DNA from: an uncultured delta proteobacterium
GTDB lineage: Bacteria > Desulfobacterota > BSN033 > UBA1163
Direction of reading: 5' to 3'
Assembly (NCBI GenBank): GCA_963827685.1
Contig: CAWHBU010000002.1
Span: forward strand, 960,001 to 1,024,000
Length of the DNA: 64,000 nucleotides
Both the position numbers and the translations under genes were made by a program. Under the pieces are notes generated by a model, which saw only the letters and a list, made by a program, of their open reading frames with translations, was not told where the DNA came from and searched no databases. Positions 28,018-38,025 of the stretch are shown piece by piece (position 1 is the stretch's first letter; each line of letters starts with the position of its first letter).

Positions 28018-31000
28018 ATGATGGCGAAAAAACCTAATAGAGCCATTTCCGAACAACCTAAAGGAACACCTATACTAACCCAAAACATTAATAGAAAAAA
28101 AATAACTACCCATTTATCAGATCGGAAAACAACTGGATCCCTCAAAAACTTAGCTATCACCAAACTCTTCCCTGCTGAACGGACAGAGGAGGCGCTGCGG
28201 GAAGCCGAACGTTTTCTAAACAGCATCTTTACAAGTATCCAGGACGGCATCAGTATTCTTGACAAGGATATGAATATTATTCGCGTCAACCAGACCATCG
28301 AACGCTGGTATTCCCACGCCATGCCGCTTGTTGGCAGGAAATGTTATGAAGCCTACCATGGCCGAAAGGAACGATGCGATACATGCCCTACCCATCAAAC
28401 GATTCTTACAGGAAAAGGTGCTTATGAGACTGTCCCGAAGACGGGAGCAAATGGAGAAATTGTTGGATGGCTTGATCTCTATAGTTTTCCTCTAATTGAT
28501 ACAACAACTGGAAAGATGAAAGGTGTAATCGAATATGTCCGCGACGTCACCGAGCGCAAGCGGGCGGAGGAGGCATTGCGCCAAAGTGAGGAGAAATACC
28601 GAACCATTCTTGAAAGCATCCAGGACGGCTATTTTGAGGTTGACCTTGCCGGGAATCTTACCTTCGTTAATGACGTAGTCTGCAGATATCTCGGATATAC
28701 CAAAAAGGAATTGATCGGGGAGAACTACCGGCAGTACACGGATGAAGAAACTGCAAGAAGATTGCGTGAACTCTACATCGAACTCTACAGAACAGGGACA
28801 CCGATTGAGGCAATGGAACAAGAAGTCTTCAGAAAAGACGGGACGAAAGGTACTGTCGAAGTTTCGGTATCTCTTATCAAGGATTCAGAGGGCAAACCGA
28901 TCGGATTTCGGGCTGTTTCTCGGGATATCACCAAGCGCAAGCGTGCAGAGGAGGCGCTGCAGGAGAGCGAAAAATACTTTAAGGAGATTACAGAAAACTC
29001 TTCAGATATCATTATCATTACGGATAAAAACGGAGACATAAAATATTGCAGCCGTTCTATCGAGCGTTTTACCGGATACAAGCCTGAGGAACTAATCGGT
29101 AGAAGTACGCTCACACTTATTCATCCGGATGACAAAAAACGTGCTGTCGGTGATTTCGGCAAGGCTATTCTGGCAATAGATCCCGCGATCCCCAATGCAT
29201 TCCGCATAGTGCATAAAGATGGTTCAGAACGCTATTTTGAGGGGCTGGGAAAAAATCTCTTAGATAATCCAGCTGTTGCAGGTTTTATCATGAATGTCCG
29301 TGATATCACCGAGCGCAAGCAGGCGGAAGAGGCCCTGCACGAAAACGAGAAAAGACTCCAGTCCCTCATGGATGCCTCGCCGATAGGTATTTCCTGGGCA
29401 GACATGGACGGAAACATCAAATACAACAACCGCAAGTTCCGTCAGCTCTTCGGCTATACCGTTGACGACATTCCAACCATCGCTGAGTGGCGCCGTCTGG
29501 CCTATCCAGACCCGGCCTACCGTGAGACGGTCCCTTCCCTTGTCGCCATGCTCACCGAGGCACAGAAGCAAGGGAAAGAGATGAAGCCTATAGAAGTGAC
29601 CGTCACGTGCAAAGACGGTTCCACTCGCAACGTGGAGCAGATGGGAGCCTTCGCCTCTAAGCAAATCCTGGCCATTTACAACGATCTCACCGAACACAAA
29701 TTGGCTGAAGAAGCACTGCGCCAGAGTGAGGAGAGATACCGGACCATTCTTGAGAACATCCAAGACGGCTATTTTGAGGTTGACCTTGCCGGCAACCTTA
29801 CCTTCGTTAATGATGCGGAGTGCGTCAGTCTCGGATATTCCAGAGATGAATTGATCGGAATGAACAACCGCCAGTATACAGATAAAGAGAACGCAAAGAA
29901 ATTGTTTCAAGCTTTTAATAAACTCTACAGAACAGGGGAACCGGTTAAGGGATTAGATTTGGAAGTTATCAGAAAGGACGGGACGAAAGCGTTTGACGAA
30001 CTTTCAGTATCTCTTATAAGGGGTTCAGAAGGCAAACCGGTCGGATTCCGGGGTATTTCTCGAGACATCACCGAGCGCAAGCGGGCAGAGGAGGCACTGC
30101 GCCACAGTGAGGAGAGATATCGAAATATTCTTGAGAGCATCCTGGAGGGCTATTACGAAGAAGACCTTGCCGGTAACTTTGTCTTCTTTAACGAAGCGAT
30201 GTGCCGAATATATGGGTACCCCAAAGAAGAATTGTTGGGCTTAAATTACAAAAAATATACAAGTGAAGAAACTGCGAAAAGACTGTTTCAAATATTCAAC
30301 GAAATGTACAGAACAGGGAACCCCTGTAAAGAATATAGCTATGAGCTTATAAGAAAAGACGGGGTTAAGAGATACATTGAGGCATCTGCATCTTTAAGAA
30401 GAGATTCATCGGGTAAACCGACAGGGTTTAGAGGGGTTGTACGGGACGCCACCGAGCGCAAGCGTGCAGAGGAGGCACTGCGCCAGAGTGAGGAGAGATA
30501 CCGAACCATTATTGAAAACATCCAGGACGGCTATTTCGAGGTTAACCTTGCTGGAAATTTTACCTTCGTTAATGACGCGGAGTGCGTCATTCACGGATAT
30601 TCCAGAGATGAATTGATCGGCATGAACAACCGGCAGTATACGGATAAAGAGAACGCAAAGAAGGTGTTTGAAGCTTTTAATAAACTCTACAGAACAGGGG
30701 AGCTTGGTAGAGTACTGGATTATGAAATTATAAGAAAAGACGGGACTAAAGCGTTTACTGAACTTTCCGTATCTCTTATAAGGAATTCAGAAGACAAACC
30801 GATCGGATTCCGGGGTATTTCTCGGGACATCACCGAGCGCAAGCAGGCTGAAGAAGAGAAGTCATTTCTTCAAGAGCAACTTCGGCAGTCGCAGAAAATG
30901 GAGGCCATTGGTCAGTTGGCAGGGGGTGTTGCCCATGATTTCAATAACCTCCTGACCGTCATCAAGGGCTACAGTCAACTTTCCCTTTTCGACCTTAAAG

Positions 31001-32019
31001 AAAACGATCCTCTCCGAGGCAACATCCAAGAGATTGAAAAAGCCACCCAGCGGGCAACAGATTTAACCCGTCAACTTTTAGCCTTCAGCCGTCGCCAGAT
31101 CTTAGACCTCAAAGTGCTCGATCTGAATGTCCTTTTAAAAGATATGGAAAAGATGCTGCGCCGGATCATTGGCGAGGACATCGAACTGGTCATTCTCTTA
31201 TCCGAAGATATAGGAAAGGTGAAAGTAGATCCGAGTCAAATTGAACAAGTGATCTTCAATTTAGCCGTAAACGCCAGAGATGCCATGCCTTCTGGCGGGA
31301 GACTCGCCATCGAAACGGCGAATGCAGAGTTGGATGAAGAGTATGCCCATGCGCATGTCAGTGTGGCCCCAGGTCGATATGTGAGGCTTTCCGTCAGCGA
31401 CACAGGGGTCGGGATGACGCAGGAGGTGAAAGAGAGAGTCTTCGAACCCTTCTTTACGACTAAAGAAAAAGGAAAGGGCACCGGATTGGGTCTTTCCATG
31501 GTCTATGGAATCGTGAAGCAGAGTAATGGGAATATCTGGGTTTATAGTGAACCGGGACGTGGGACGACCTTTAGGATTTATTTTCCAAGGACGGAGGAAG
31601 AGGCAGATACACTTCGCGAGCGAGAAGAAGCGGATTTCTTTCCGAGGGGGAGCGAGACAATCCTCCTGGTGGAGGATGATGAGTTGGTGCGAGATCTGGC
31701 AAACCGACTTTTAGAACAACAGGGCTACAGAGTTTTGAAGGCAGCCAATGGCCAAGAGGCGCTGCTTGTCGCGAAGGAACATGTTGGAGAAACGATCCAC
31801 CTCCTGCTGGCTGATATTGTGATGCCCCAGATGGGTGGAAAAGAGTTAGCCGATTGGCTTAAAATTTCCCGGCCCAACGTCAAAGTTCTCTTTACATCAG
31901 GCTACGCGGACAATGCGATTGTCCACCACGGTGTGCTGAACCCGGGAACCCACTTCCTCCAAAAACCTTTCTCTCTCAAAACTTTATCAAACAAAGTGCG
32001 CGAGGTATTGGACGGATAA
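28018..32019 (+). CDS. Cytoplasmic hybrid histidine kinase: 7 PAS, HisKA, HATPase, receiver (CckA-like)
   Basis: Seven PAS units ending in RDITERK-like motifs; AHDFNNLL, NARDAM, GTGLGL; receiver ILLVEDD...DIVMP...KPF. Confidence 0.93.
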   Translation: MMAKKPNRAISEQPKGTPILTQNINRKKITTHLSDRKTTGSLKNLAITKLFPAERTEEALREAERFLNSIFTSIQDGISILDKDMNIIRVNQTIERWYSHAMPLVGRKCYEAYHGRKERCDTCPTHQTILTGKGAYETVPKTGANGEIVGWLDLYSFPLIDTTTGKMKGVIEYVRDVTERKRAEEALRQSEEKYRTILESIQDGYFEVDLAGNLTFVNDVVCRYLGYTKKELIGENYRQYTDEETARRLRELYIELYRTGTPIEAMEQEVFRKDGTKGTVEVSVSLIKDSEGKPIGFRAVSRDITKRKRAEEALQESEKYFKEITENSSDIIIITDKNGDIKYCSRSIERFTGYKPEELIGRSTLTLIHPDDKKRAVGDFGKAILAIDPAIPNAFRIVHKDGSERYFEGLGKNLLDNPAVAGFIMNVRDITERKQAEEALHENEKRLQSLMDASPIGISWADMDGNIKYNNRKFRQLFGYTVDDIPTIAEWRRLAYPDPAYRETVPSLVAMLTEAQKQGKEMKPIEVTVTCKDGSTRNVEQMGAFASKQILAIYNDLTEHKLAEEALRQSEERYRTILENIQDGYFEVDLAGNLTFVNDAECVSLGYSRDELIGMNNRQYTDKENAKKLFQAFNKLYRTGEPVKGLDLEVIRKDGTKAFDELSVSLIRGSEGKPVGFRGISRDITERKRAEEALRHSEERYRNILESILEGYYEEDLAGNFVFFNEAMCRIYGYPKEELLGLNYKKYTSEETAKRLFQIFNEMYRTGNPCKEYSYELIRKDGVKRYIEASASLRRDSSGKPTGFRGVVRDATERKRAEEALRQSEERYRTIIENIQDGYFEVNLAGNFTFVNDAECVIHGYSRDELIGMNNRQYTDKENAKKVFEAFNKLYRTGELGRVLDYEIIRKDGTKAFTELSVSLIRNSEDKPIGFRGISRDITERKQAEEEKSFLQEQLRQSQKMEAIGQLAGGVAHDFNNLLTVIKGYSQLSLFDLKENDPLRGNIQEIEKATQRATDLTRQLLAFSRRQILDLKVLDLNVLLKDMEKMLRRIIGEDIELVILLSEDIGKVKVDPSQIEQVIFNLAVNARDAMPSGGRLAIETANAELDEEYAHAHVSVAPGRYVRLSVSDTGVGMTQEVKERVFEPFFTTKEKGKGTGLGLSMVYGIVKQSNGNIWVYSEPGRGTTFRIYFPRTEEEADTLREREEADFFPRGSETILLVEDDELVRDLANRLLEQQGYRVLKAANGQEALLVAKEHVGETIHLLLADIVMPQMGGKELADWLKISRPNVKVLFTSGYADNAIVHHGVLNPGTHFLQKPFSLKTLSNKVREVLDG

Positions 32020-32156
32020 ATCAAGATGAGGTAACCCCCCTCTATTCCCCCCTTAAGTTAAGGGGGGATGAAGGGGGGGTTAGAAGAAAAGAAACTTTTG
32101 GGGACACATCGGGACATAGAATCAAATAACTTTGAGACCAGAATTGGAGCGAATCG

Positions 32157-32372
32157 ATGAAAGAGATTATGACACCCCGTGAGGCAGCAGAATATTTGAG
32201 TGTCCATGTTCGAACCATTTATCGCCTAGCCAAGAACGGAGACATCCCTGGCCGCAAGGTAGGTGGAAGTTGGAGGTTCAAAAAGAATGCTCTGGATGAA
32301 TGGCTTTCGTGGAGAGAAAACCCCTCTTCTATTGAAAAAGGACAAAAAGAGAGGATTCAAGGGAGCAGGTGA
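32157..32372 (+). CDS. Excisionase-like HTH DNA-binding protein
   Basis: MTPREAAEYLSVHVRTIYRLAKNGDIPGRKVGGSWRF. Confidence 0.88.
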   Translation: MKEIMTPREAAEYLSVHVRTIYRLAKNGDIPGRKVGGSWRFKKNALDEWLSWRENPSSIEKGQKERIQGSR

Positions 32373-32373
32373 A

Positions 32374-32421
32374 ATGCTTGATAGTCACAGGAGATTGAGA
32401 GTTTGGCAGAAAGGACATCAA
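32374..32421 (+). pseudogene. N-terminal remnant of a four-helix-bundle protein gene
   Basis: MLDSHRRLRVWQKGHQ resembles the family start (..Y.DL.VWQK...L); similarity ends after 16 codons. Confidence 0.5.
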
Positions 32422-32501
32422 CCAAGGGCCTATGAACCTCTGGCCTCCTGGCACGCGGGCTTGAACTCTCATGGGGAACTCTTTACCAAGAGGACTTAAT
32501 C

Positions 32502-34049
32502 ATGGAAAACAGAATCTTAGTCGTGGATGACGAAAAAGAAATCAGGGGCTTTCTCACCAAGGCGCTTAGCCGCATGGGTGGATTCCACGTAGAACTTGCG
32601 GAGTCGGGAAAAGAAGCACTCCAAAAAATTGAGAAAGAACCCTTCGATCTCATTCTGACAGATCTGAAGATGCCGGAGATGGATGGACTTCAATTGATCA
32701 CAGAGATTGCTAAGTCAAGACCCGAAACCCTTACGATGATGATGACGGGCCATGGAACCATCGACTCCGCATTGGAGGCGATGAAACGGGGAGCGAGTGA
32801 TTATCTCATGAAGCCCCTCAACCTCGATGAGTTGATTGTTCGCATCCGAAAGGTCCTGGAAGAGAAACAACGCTTTACCAGGCTCAGGGACTTCGCCGAC
32901 CAACTGGAAATGGCCAATCAGGAGTTGAGAAGGATTGATGGCATGAAATCTGAGTTTGTCTCGGTAGCTTCTCATGAGTTAAGAACGCCGCTCGCTGCTA
33001 TTAAGAATGCAGTCCAATTGGTCCTGAAGGGAACAACCGGAAAGATCAATGAAAATCAAGTGAAGTTTCTTTCCATGGCAGAGAGAAATATCAATCGCCT
33101 GACCAATATCCTCAACGATCTTCTGAACCTCTCAAGAATTGAGTCCGGAAGGATTGAATTGAATTTTGAGAATACCCGATTGAAAGGGCTCATCGAATTA
33201 ACGGCATCCTCTCTCAGACCTCACGCTGATGGAAAGTCCATCCAGATCGACGTGGAAGTCAGTGAAGAACTTCCAGCGGTCTATGGAGATCCGGAAAAAA
33301 TTGAACAGATCCTGACGAACCTCATCGGCAACGCCATCAAATTCACACCGGATCGTGGAAAAATTCTGATCACCGCCAAACCCCTATCCAAGGACCAAAA
33401 GGGAGGTTATGGAGACAGGGTTGCCGTCTCTGTAAAAGATACGGGAATCGGAATCCCACCCGAACACTTGGATGCTATCTTTCAAAAATTTCATCAGGTG
33501 GAAGGCTCCCTCCACCGATCGGTGAGCGGGACAGGATTAGGTCTCGCCATCACAAAAGGGTTGGTCGAGGCCCACCAAGGAAGAATCTGGGTGGACAGCG
33601 AGGTGGGAAAAGGGACCACATTTACATTCACCTTGCCCTGTTCAGAAGGCGAGAGAAGAGACCCTCATTTCCGTTTCATCCTCGATAAGGAGTTTTACCG
33701 GGCCCAGCAAAATGATTCTCCTCTCACCCTCTTTCTGATTCAGGTGTTGGAGGAAAAAGGGGAGGTCAAAGAGGCTTTATTAGACCGGTTGGAAATGAAG
33801 GTGAAACAATGTCTTTGTAGGAAGGCCGATATTTTATTGAGACGGGAGAAAGAAAAAATACTGGCCGCCCTATGTGAGGCGAATCTTAAAGGAGCTCAGG
33901 TGATCCGCCAACGCATAGAGATGGAAATCAAAAGGTACCCTATCGAGGGTCATGAGGCAGTCATCAAAGTGGGAACAGCCACTTACCCTGAAGAGGCACT
34001 TTCCAAGGCAGAACTTTTCAGGCTGGCAAAAGAACGACTGGGAGGTTGA
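32502..34049 (+). CDS. Receiver-histidine kinase with C-terminal degenerate GGDEF domain
   Basis: ILVVDD..DLKMP receiver, SHELRTPL, NAIKF, GTGLGL; tail RKADILLRREKEKI aligns to RxxD-x5-GGDEF. Confidence 0.88.
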   Translation: MENRILVVDDEKEIRGFLTKALSRMGGFHVELAESGKEALQKIEKEPFDLILTDLKMPEMDGLQLITEIAKSRPETLTMMMTGHGTIDSALEAMKRGASDYLMKPLNLDELIVRIRKVLEEKQRFTRLRDFADQLEMANQELRRIDGMKSEFVSVASHELRTPLAAIKNAVQLVLKGTTGKINENQVKFLSMAERNINRLTNILNDLLNLSRIESGRIELNFENTRLKGLIELTASSLRPHADGKSIQIDVEVSEELPAVYGDPEKIEQILTNLIGNAIKFTPDRGKILITAKPLSKDQKGGYGDRVAVSVKDTGIGIPPEHLDAIFQKFHQVEGSLHRSVSGTGLGLAITKGLVEAHQGRIWVDSEVGKGTTFTFTLPCSEGERRDPHFRFILDKEFYRAQQNDSPLTLFLIQVLEEKGEVKEALLDRLEMKVKQCLCRKADILLRREKEKILAALCEANLKGAQVIRQRIEMEIKRYPIEGHEAVIKVGTATYPEEALSKAELFRLAKERLGG

Positions 34050-34052
34050 AAC

Positions 34053-34424
34053 ATGAACCCGAAGAAGATTTTGATTGTTGACGATGAGGTCGACTTAGTG
34101 GAAACCGTCCGTTTCCCCCTGGAGATGGAAGGATATCATGTCCTGGTCTCTTATAATGGTGAGGATGCCCTGAATCAAGCCCGCAAAGAGAACCCGGACC
34201 TGATCCTCCTGGATCTCATGCTGCCAAAATTGGATGGGTATAAAGTATGTCGGCTATTGAAATTCGACGAGAGGTACAAACATATTCCCATTTTAATGCT
34301 GACCGCCAAGACCCAGGAAAAAGATAAAGTCCTCGGAATGGAGACCGGGGCGGATGAGTATATCACCAAACCGTTTGAGATGGATTATTTGCTGAAGAAG
34401 GTGAAGGAGTATCTGTCCAAATGA
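34053..34424 (+). CDS. Single-domain response regulator
   Basis: ILIVDDE, LLDLMLP, MLTA, KPF. Confidence 0.92.
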   Translation: MNPKKILIVDDEVDLVETVRFPLEMEGYHVLVSYNGEDALNQARKENPDLILLDLMLPKLDGYKVCRLLKFDERYKHIPILMLTAKTQEKDKVLGMETGADEYITKPFEMDYLLKKVKEYLSK

Positions 34425-34531
34425 GTAAGATGGTCGAGGAGGCGATTTGATTTCGGAATGCAGAATGCGGAATGCGGAGTAACATTCCGAAATCCGCAAT
34501 CCGAATTCCGCAATTTTAAAAGGAATGATTC

Positions 34532-35758
34532 ATGCCGACCTTTAAATATCGAGTGAGGGACAGATTAGGGAAAGCGATGACCGGGACGATTGAGGCTCCG
34601 ACGGTCGAGGTGGCAGGAAATCATCTCTATGAGAAGGGATACTTGCCCATCGCCGTTGAAGAGGAGTCGGCTTCCGTCTCCATCGATTTGTCAGACTTTT
34701 GGAAACGATTCCAAAAAGTGAAGCCGGAAGAAATTATTGTCTTCAGTCAGCAGCTCTCCACTTTGTATAAAGCAGGATTACCCTTGCTTTCGGGGCTAAA
34801 GGGTTTGAGAGACCAGACATTGAATCGACAATTTAAAGAAATACTGGAGGAGATCAATCTCCAGGTTGAAGGAGGAGATACACTTTTCGAGGCTATGTCC
34901 AGACATCCGGATGTCTTTTCCGTGGTTTTTCTCAATATGATCCGGGCCGGTGAAACTTCAGGGAGGCTGGGGGAATCGCTCGATCGCTTCGTCATTCTTG
35001 CAGATCGAGAATTGAGGAGTCGACAAAAAGTGAAAGAGGCAACCCGTTATCCGAAGATTGTCGTCTTTGCAGTGATCATGGCATTTATCGTTTTGCTTAC
35101 TTTTGTCATACCGAGGTTTGCTCAGGTCTTTGCTCAGTTTAATACGACCCTACCCTTGCCGACCCGAATAATGATTGGGGTTAATAACCTCTTTAACCTC
35201 TTTATTCATTACTGGTATCTCACTTTACCAGTACTTCTGCTCATTCCGATCCTGTTAAAACGCTATATGAATACAGAAGAAGGAAAGTTCTTCTGGGATA
35301 AGCTCAAAACGAGAATCCCTGGATTCGGTCGTCTTTTTGTAATTGCTGCCCTGTCTCGATTTGCCCACACTTTTGTCATGCTAAACAAAAGCGGTATTCC
35401 TATCCTTCAGACCCTTGAGATCACCTCTACCACCATCAACAACGTTGTTATTTCTCAATCGATAGGAAAAATTAGCCAACAGATAAGAGAAGGGAGAAGT
35501 CTGGCGGACTCGATGAAGGAGAGTGGAAGGTTCACCCCCCTCGTCATCCAGATGATAGGGGTAGGAGAAACGACAGGAACATTGGACGAGATGTTGATAA
35601 GAATAACGGAATATTATGATATCGAATTAGAAAATTCGATCAAACAAATGACTACTTACATTGAACCTGCTTTGACACTCTTTATGGGAGTCGTTGTTCT
35701 GTTTCTGGCATTGGCCGTTTTTTTGCCGTGGTGGAACATGGCCAAAGTGTTTCGATAA
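34532..35758 (+). CDS. Pilus platform protein (MshG/PilC/GspF family)
   Basis: MPTFKYR, QLSTLYKAGLP, AGETSGRL, YP, LPLPTR, GETTGTLD, IEP. Confidence 0.92.
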   Translation: MPTFKYRVRDRLGKAMTGTIEAPTVEVAGNHLYEKGYLPIAVEEESASVSIDLSDFWKRFQKVKPEEIIVFSQQLSTLYKAGLPLLSGLKGLRDQTLNRQFKEILEEINLQVEGGDTLFEAMSRHPDVFSVVFLNMIRAGETSGRLGESLDRFVILADRELRSRQKVKEATRYPKIVVFAVIMAFIVLLTFVIPRFAQVFAQFNTTLPLPTRIMIGVNNLFNLFIHYWYLTLPVLLLIPILLKRYMNTEEGKFFWDKLKTRIPGFGRLFVIAALSRFAHTFVMLNKSGIPILQTLEITSTTINNVVISQSIGKISQQIREGRSLADSMKESGRFTPLVIQMIGVGETTGTLDEMLIRITEYYDIELENSIKQMTTYIEPALTLFMGVVVLFLALAVFLPWWNMAKVFR

Positions 35759-35987
35759 GTCCAGGAGGAAAGATGTTCAAGAAAATGCAAATGAATGTTG
35801 TAGCAGTAGCCTTCAGGTTGCTCCGGTTGTTATTAGCCGTAACTATTTGGTCGTGCCATGCTTGGGTAGCCCCAACCTATAGGCTATGCCATGTTTTGGC
35901 AGCCGCAACCTTTGGGTTGCGTAGTCTTCGTATTGATAGAAACAGGATTGCTGCAGTAATTTCGCTGGTTAAAGCCTTACCTAATTG

Positions 35988-36116
35988 GTCATTGCGAGGA
36001 GTGAAGCGGTTGCGAGGCGCAGCCGAAGCAAACTCGGAGATTCCTCGCTTTGCTCGGAACAAGCTCCGCAATCTCAAGAAAAACGAGATTGCCACGCCCT
36101 CTGGGCTCGCAATGAC
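35988..36116. repeat. GTCATTGCGAG...CTCGCAATGAC palindromic element with nested hairpins
   Basis: Perfect 11-bp terminal inverted repeat enclosing GAGATT/AATCTC hairpins. Confidence 0.75.
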
Positions 36117-36222
36117 GTGTCAGAAGAGTAAATGCGCTTGTATTAATTGCTCCAAACTTGGTGACTCACGAGAGCGAGTCATTCCCATAACATCGATCCC
36201 AAAAATCTGGAGTCATGGAGTC

Positions 36223-36717
36223 ATGGGCACACGGGTTCAAGAAAAAATAATAAAAAATAAACCCTCGGACCCTCGAACCCTTGAACCCTTGAACCCTTCG
36301 GGGTTCACCCTAATCGAACTCATCGTTGTCATGATCATCATCGGAATCCTGGCTGCCACTGTGTTACCCAGGATCGATTTTGGTGGTACCTCCTCCACAG
36401 CTTCGGCGGGCGGAGCGGCCTATATGATTGCCTCGGATATTCGATATACCCAGGAATGCGCCATGGCCAATAGGATTTCAAAGAGTATCGTTTTCACGAA
36501 TGGTTCTTCTACTTATACATTCAGCCCGGTGAGCACTGGGATGGATCCTTCAGGCCAACTGCAGTCCATCGGAGCAACCATTGGCACAACAGTGACCTTC
36601 ACCTTTAACTCACTGGGAGAACCAATAGCGGGTGGAGGCAGTTCGGTTACAGTCTCCGCAGGAGGAATAACAAGACCGATCACTGTAACGCAATATACAG
36701 GAAAGGTAAGCTATTGA
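36223..36717 (+). CDS. Minor pilin (MshC/GspH-like)
   Basis: G|FTLIELIVVMIIIGILA; C-terminal FNSLGEP and TGKV; start uncertain because the track ORF extends through repeats. Confidence 0.85.
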   Translation: MGTRVQEKIIKNKPSDPRTLEPLNPSGFTLIELIVVMIIIGILAATVLPRIDFGGTSSTASAGGAAYMIASDIRYTQECAMANRISKSIVFTNGSSTYTFSPVSTGMDPSGQLQSIGATIGTTVTFTFNSLGEPIAGGGSSVTVSAGGITRPITVTQYTGKVSY

Positions 36718-36764
36718 TTGCGGATTTCGGAATAAAAAATAGTTGAGACAAAGAAAGAATATTT

Positions 36765-36863
36765 ATGGAAAAGAGACATCTGAAAGAAAGAACAAAAAGT
36801 TTCGCTTTGAAGGTTATTAAAACCGTTTCTTCAATAAGGGCAGCAAGGAAGGGTAAGGAATGA
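36765..36863 (+). pseudogene. Internally deleted four-helix-bundle protein gene
   Basis: MEKRHLKERTKSFALKVIK (family-like N-terminus) joined to VSSIRAARK (family-like C-terminus); stop overlaps next ATG. Confidence 0.6.
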
Positions 36864-37339
36864 GTAGTAATTCCGAAATCCACGGGGCGTGTGTGATGAA
36901 AAACTTGATTTCAGGGTTAAAATATTCCGCATTCCGCATTCCGCAATCCGCATTCGGTAAAAGGGGCTTTACACTCATGGAAATCATCGTCCTGATCGTT
37001 ATGGCGGGAATCATCATTCCTGCTATTGTCGTCCCTTTTGCAACAGGGATTCGAGGGAGTAATAAGCCAGAAATGGTAACAACAGCAATGTACCTCGCCC
37101 ATCAGAAGATGGAGGAATTGATGAAATTTAATTATTGCCGGGCACCCGATTTGACTCCTGGTACATATACACTGCCGGCGCCACCTATTGCCGGCTACAC
37201 GTGGCAATGGGTAATTTCCTATGTGACCAATACTTTTGCCGCTTCAGGATCAGATGTTGGCTATAAGATGATCCAGGTTACTGTAACAGACCCACAAGGC
37301 AGTACTTATAATGTCTATTCGGTTGTTACAAGATTTTAG
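36860..37339 (+). CDS. Minor pilin (MshD/PilV-like)
   Basis: G|FTLMEIIVLIV, AMYLAHQKMEEL, YKMIQVTV. Confidence 0.85.
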   Translation: MSSNSEIHGACVMKNLISGLKYSAFRIPQSAFGKRGFTLMEIIVLIVMAGIIIPAIVVPFATGIRGSNKPEMVTTAMYLAHQKMEELMKFNYCRAPDLTPGTYTLPAPPIAGYTWQWVISYVTNTFAASGSDVGYKMIQVTVTDPQGSTYNVYSVVTRF

Positions 37340-37385
37340 TAATTGAAAGGGTCGGAGGGGCCCAGGGTTCAAGGGGTCAGGTGAT

Positions 37386-38024
37386 ATGCTGAGAAAAAGC
37401 AAAAAAATGAAGACTCTGGGAACGATAAATCGGCACGGATTTGTTAAACCGATCGCAGAATCACTCGAATCCTTGACCCCTCGAATCCTTGAACCCCGGT
37501 CTAAAGGTTTCACCTTGATGGAAATTATCGTTGTGATTGTCATCTTAGCCATTGTCTCAGCGATTAGTATTAAGTTCTTAGTCGATAGTCTGAGGATCTA
37601 TACAATGACAGTGAATCAAAAGACCCTGTTTGACGAAGGGAAATTAGCGTTGGAGAGAATGTGCAGAGATATCCGGGATGGAAGGAGCATTACAGGGGTT
37701 ACTGCCAGTTCCGTCACTTTTGTGAGAGACGATGCGACGGCCCAAGACATTGCTGGTGAAACGATCATTTTTCAACGAAACGCCGCCGCAAACACTCTTG
37801 AAAAGGTCAAAGCTTCACCTGTCGCTACCAGTACAATGGCCAGCAATGTCACTACATTTACCGTGGCAAACGCGACAAATGAGATCCAGCTTACATTGAC
37901 ACTCAGTCTAACAAGCGGAGAGAATGTGACCTTGCAGACAAAGGTCTATCCCAAAAACCTTGCAAGAGACACGACGTATACATATAAAAACTTTATTCAA
38001 AACTGGCAGGAGGCCTATCAATAA
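37386..38024 (+). CDS. Minor pilin (MshO/PilW-like)
   Basis: G|FTLMEIIVVIVILAI, LALERMCRDIR. Confidence 0.85.
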   Translation: MLRKSKKMKTLGTINRHGFVKPIAESLESLTPRILEPRSKGFTLMEIIVVIVILAIVSAISIKFLVDSLRIYTMTVNQKTLFDEGKLALERMCRDIRDGRSITGVTASSVTFVRDDATAQDIAGETIIFQRNAAANTLEKVKASPVATSTMASNVTTFTVANATNEIQLTLTLSLTSGENVTLQTKVYPKNLARDTTYTYKNFIQNWQEAYQ

Positions 38025-38025
38025 A

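Noticed and set aside
32157-32372. Prophage or ICE excisionase
   Set aside because: No integrase, att site or phage genes; more likely a regulator in the signalling operon.
34450-34515. Heptamer/hexamer repeat tracts (also 23665-23725, 60208-60262) as a CRISPR array
   Set aside because: Units are 6-8 nt and degenerate, with no unique spacers and no cas genes.
35728-36222. 165-aa N-terminal extension of the first minor pilin
   Set aside because: It is a chance open frame through stacked REP-like elements and overlaps the end of the platform gene.
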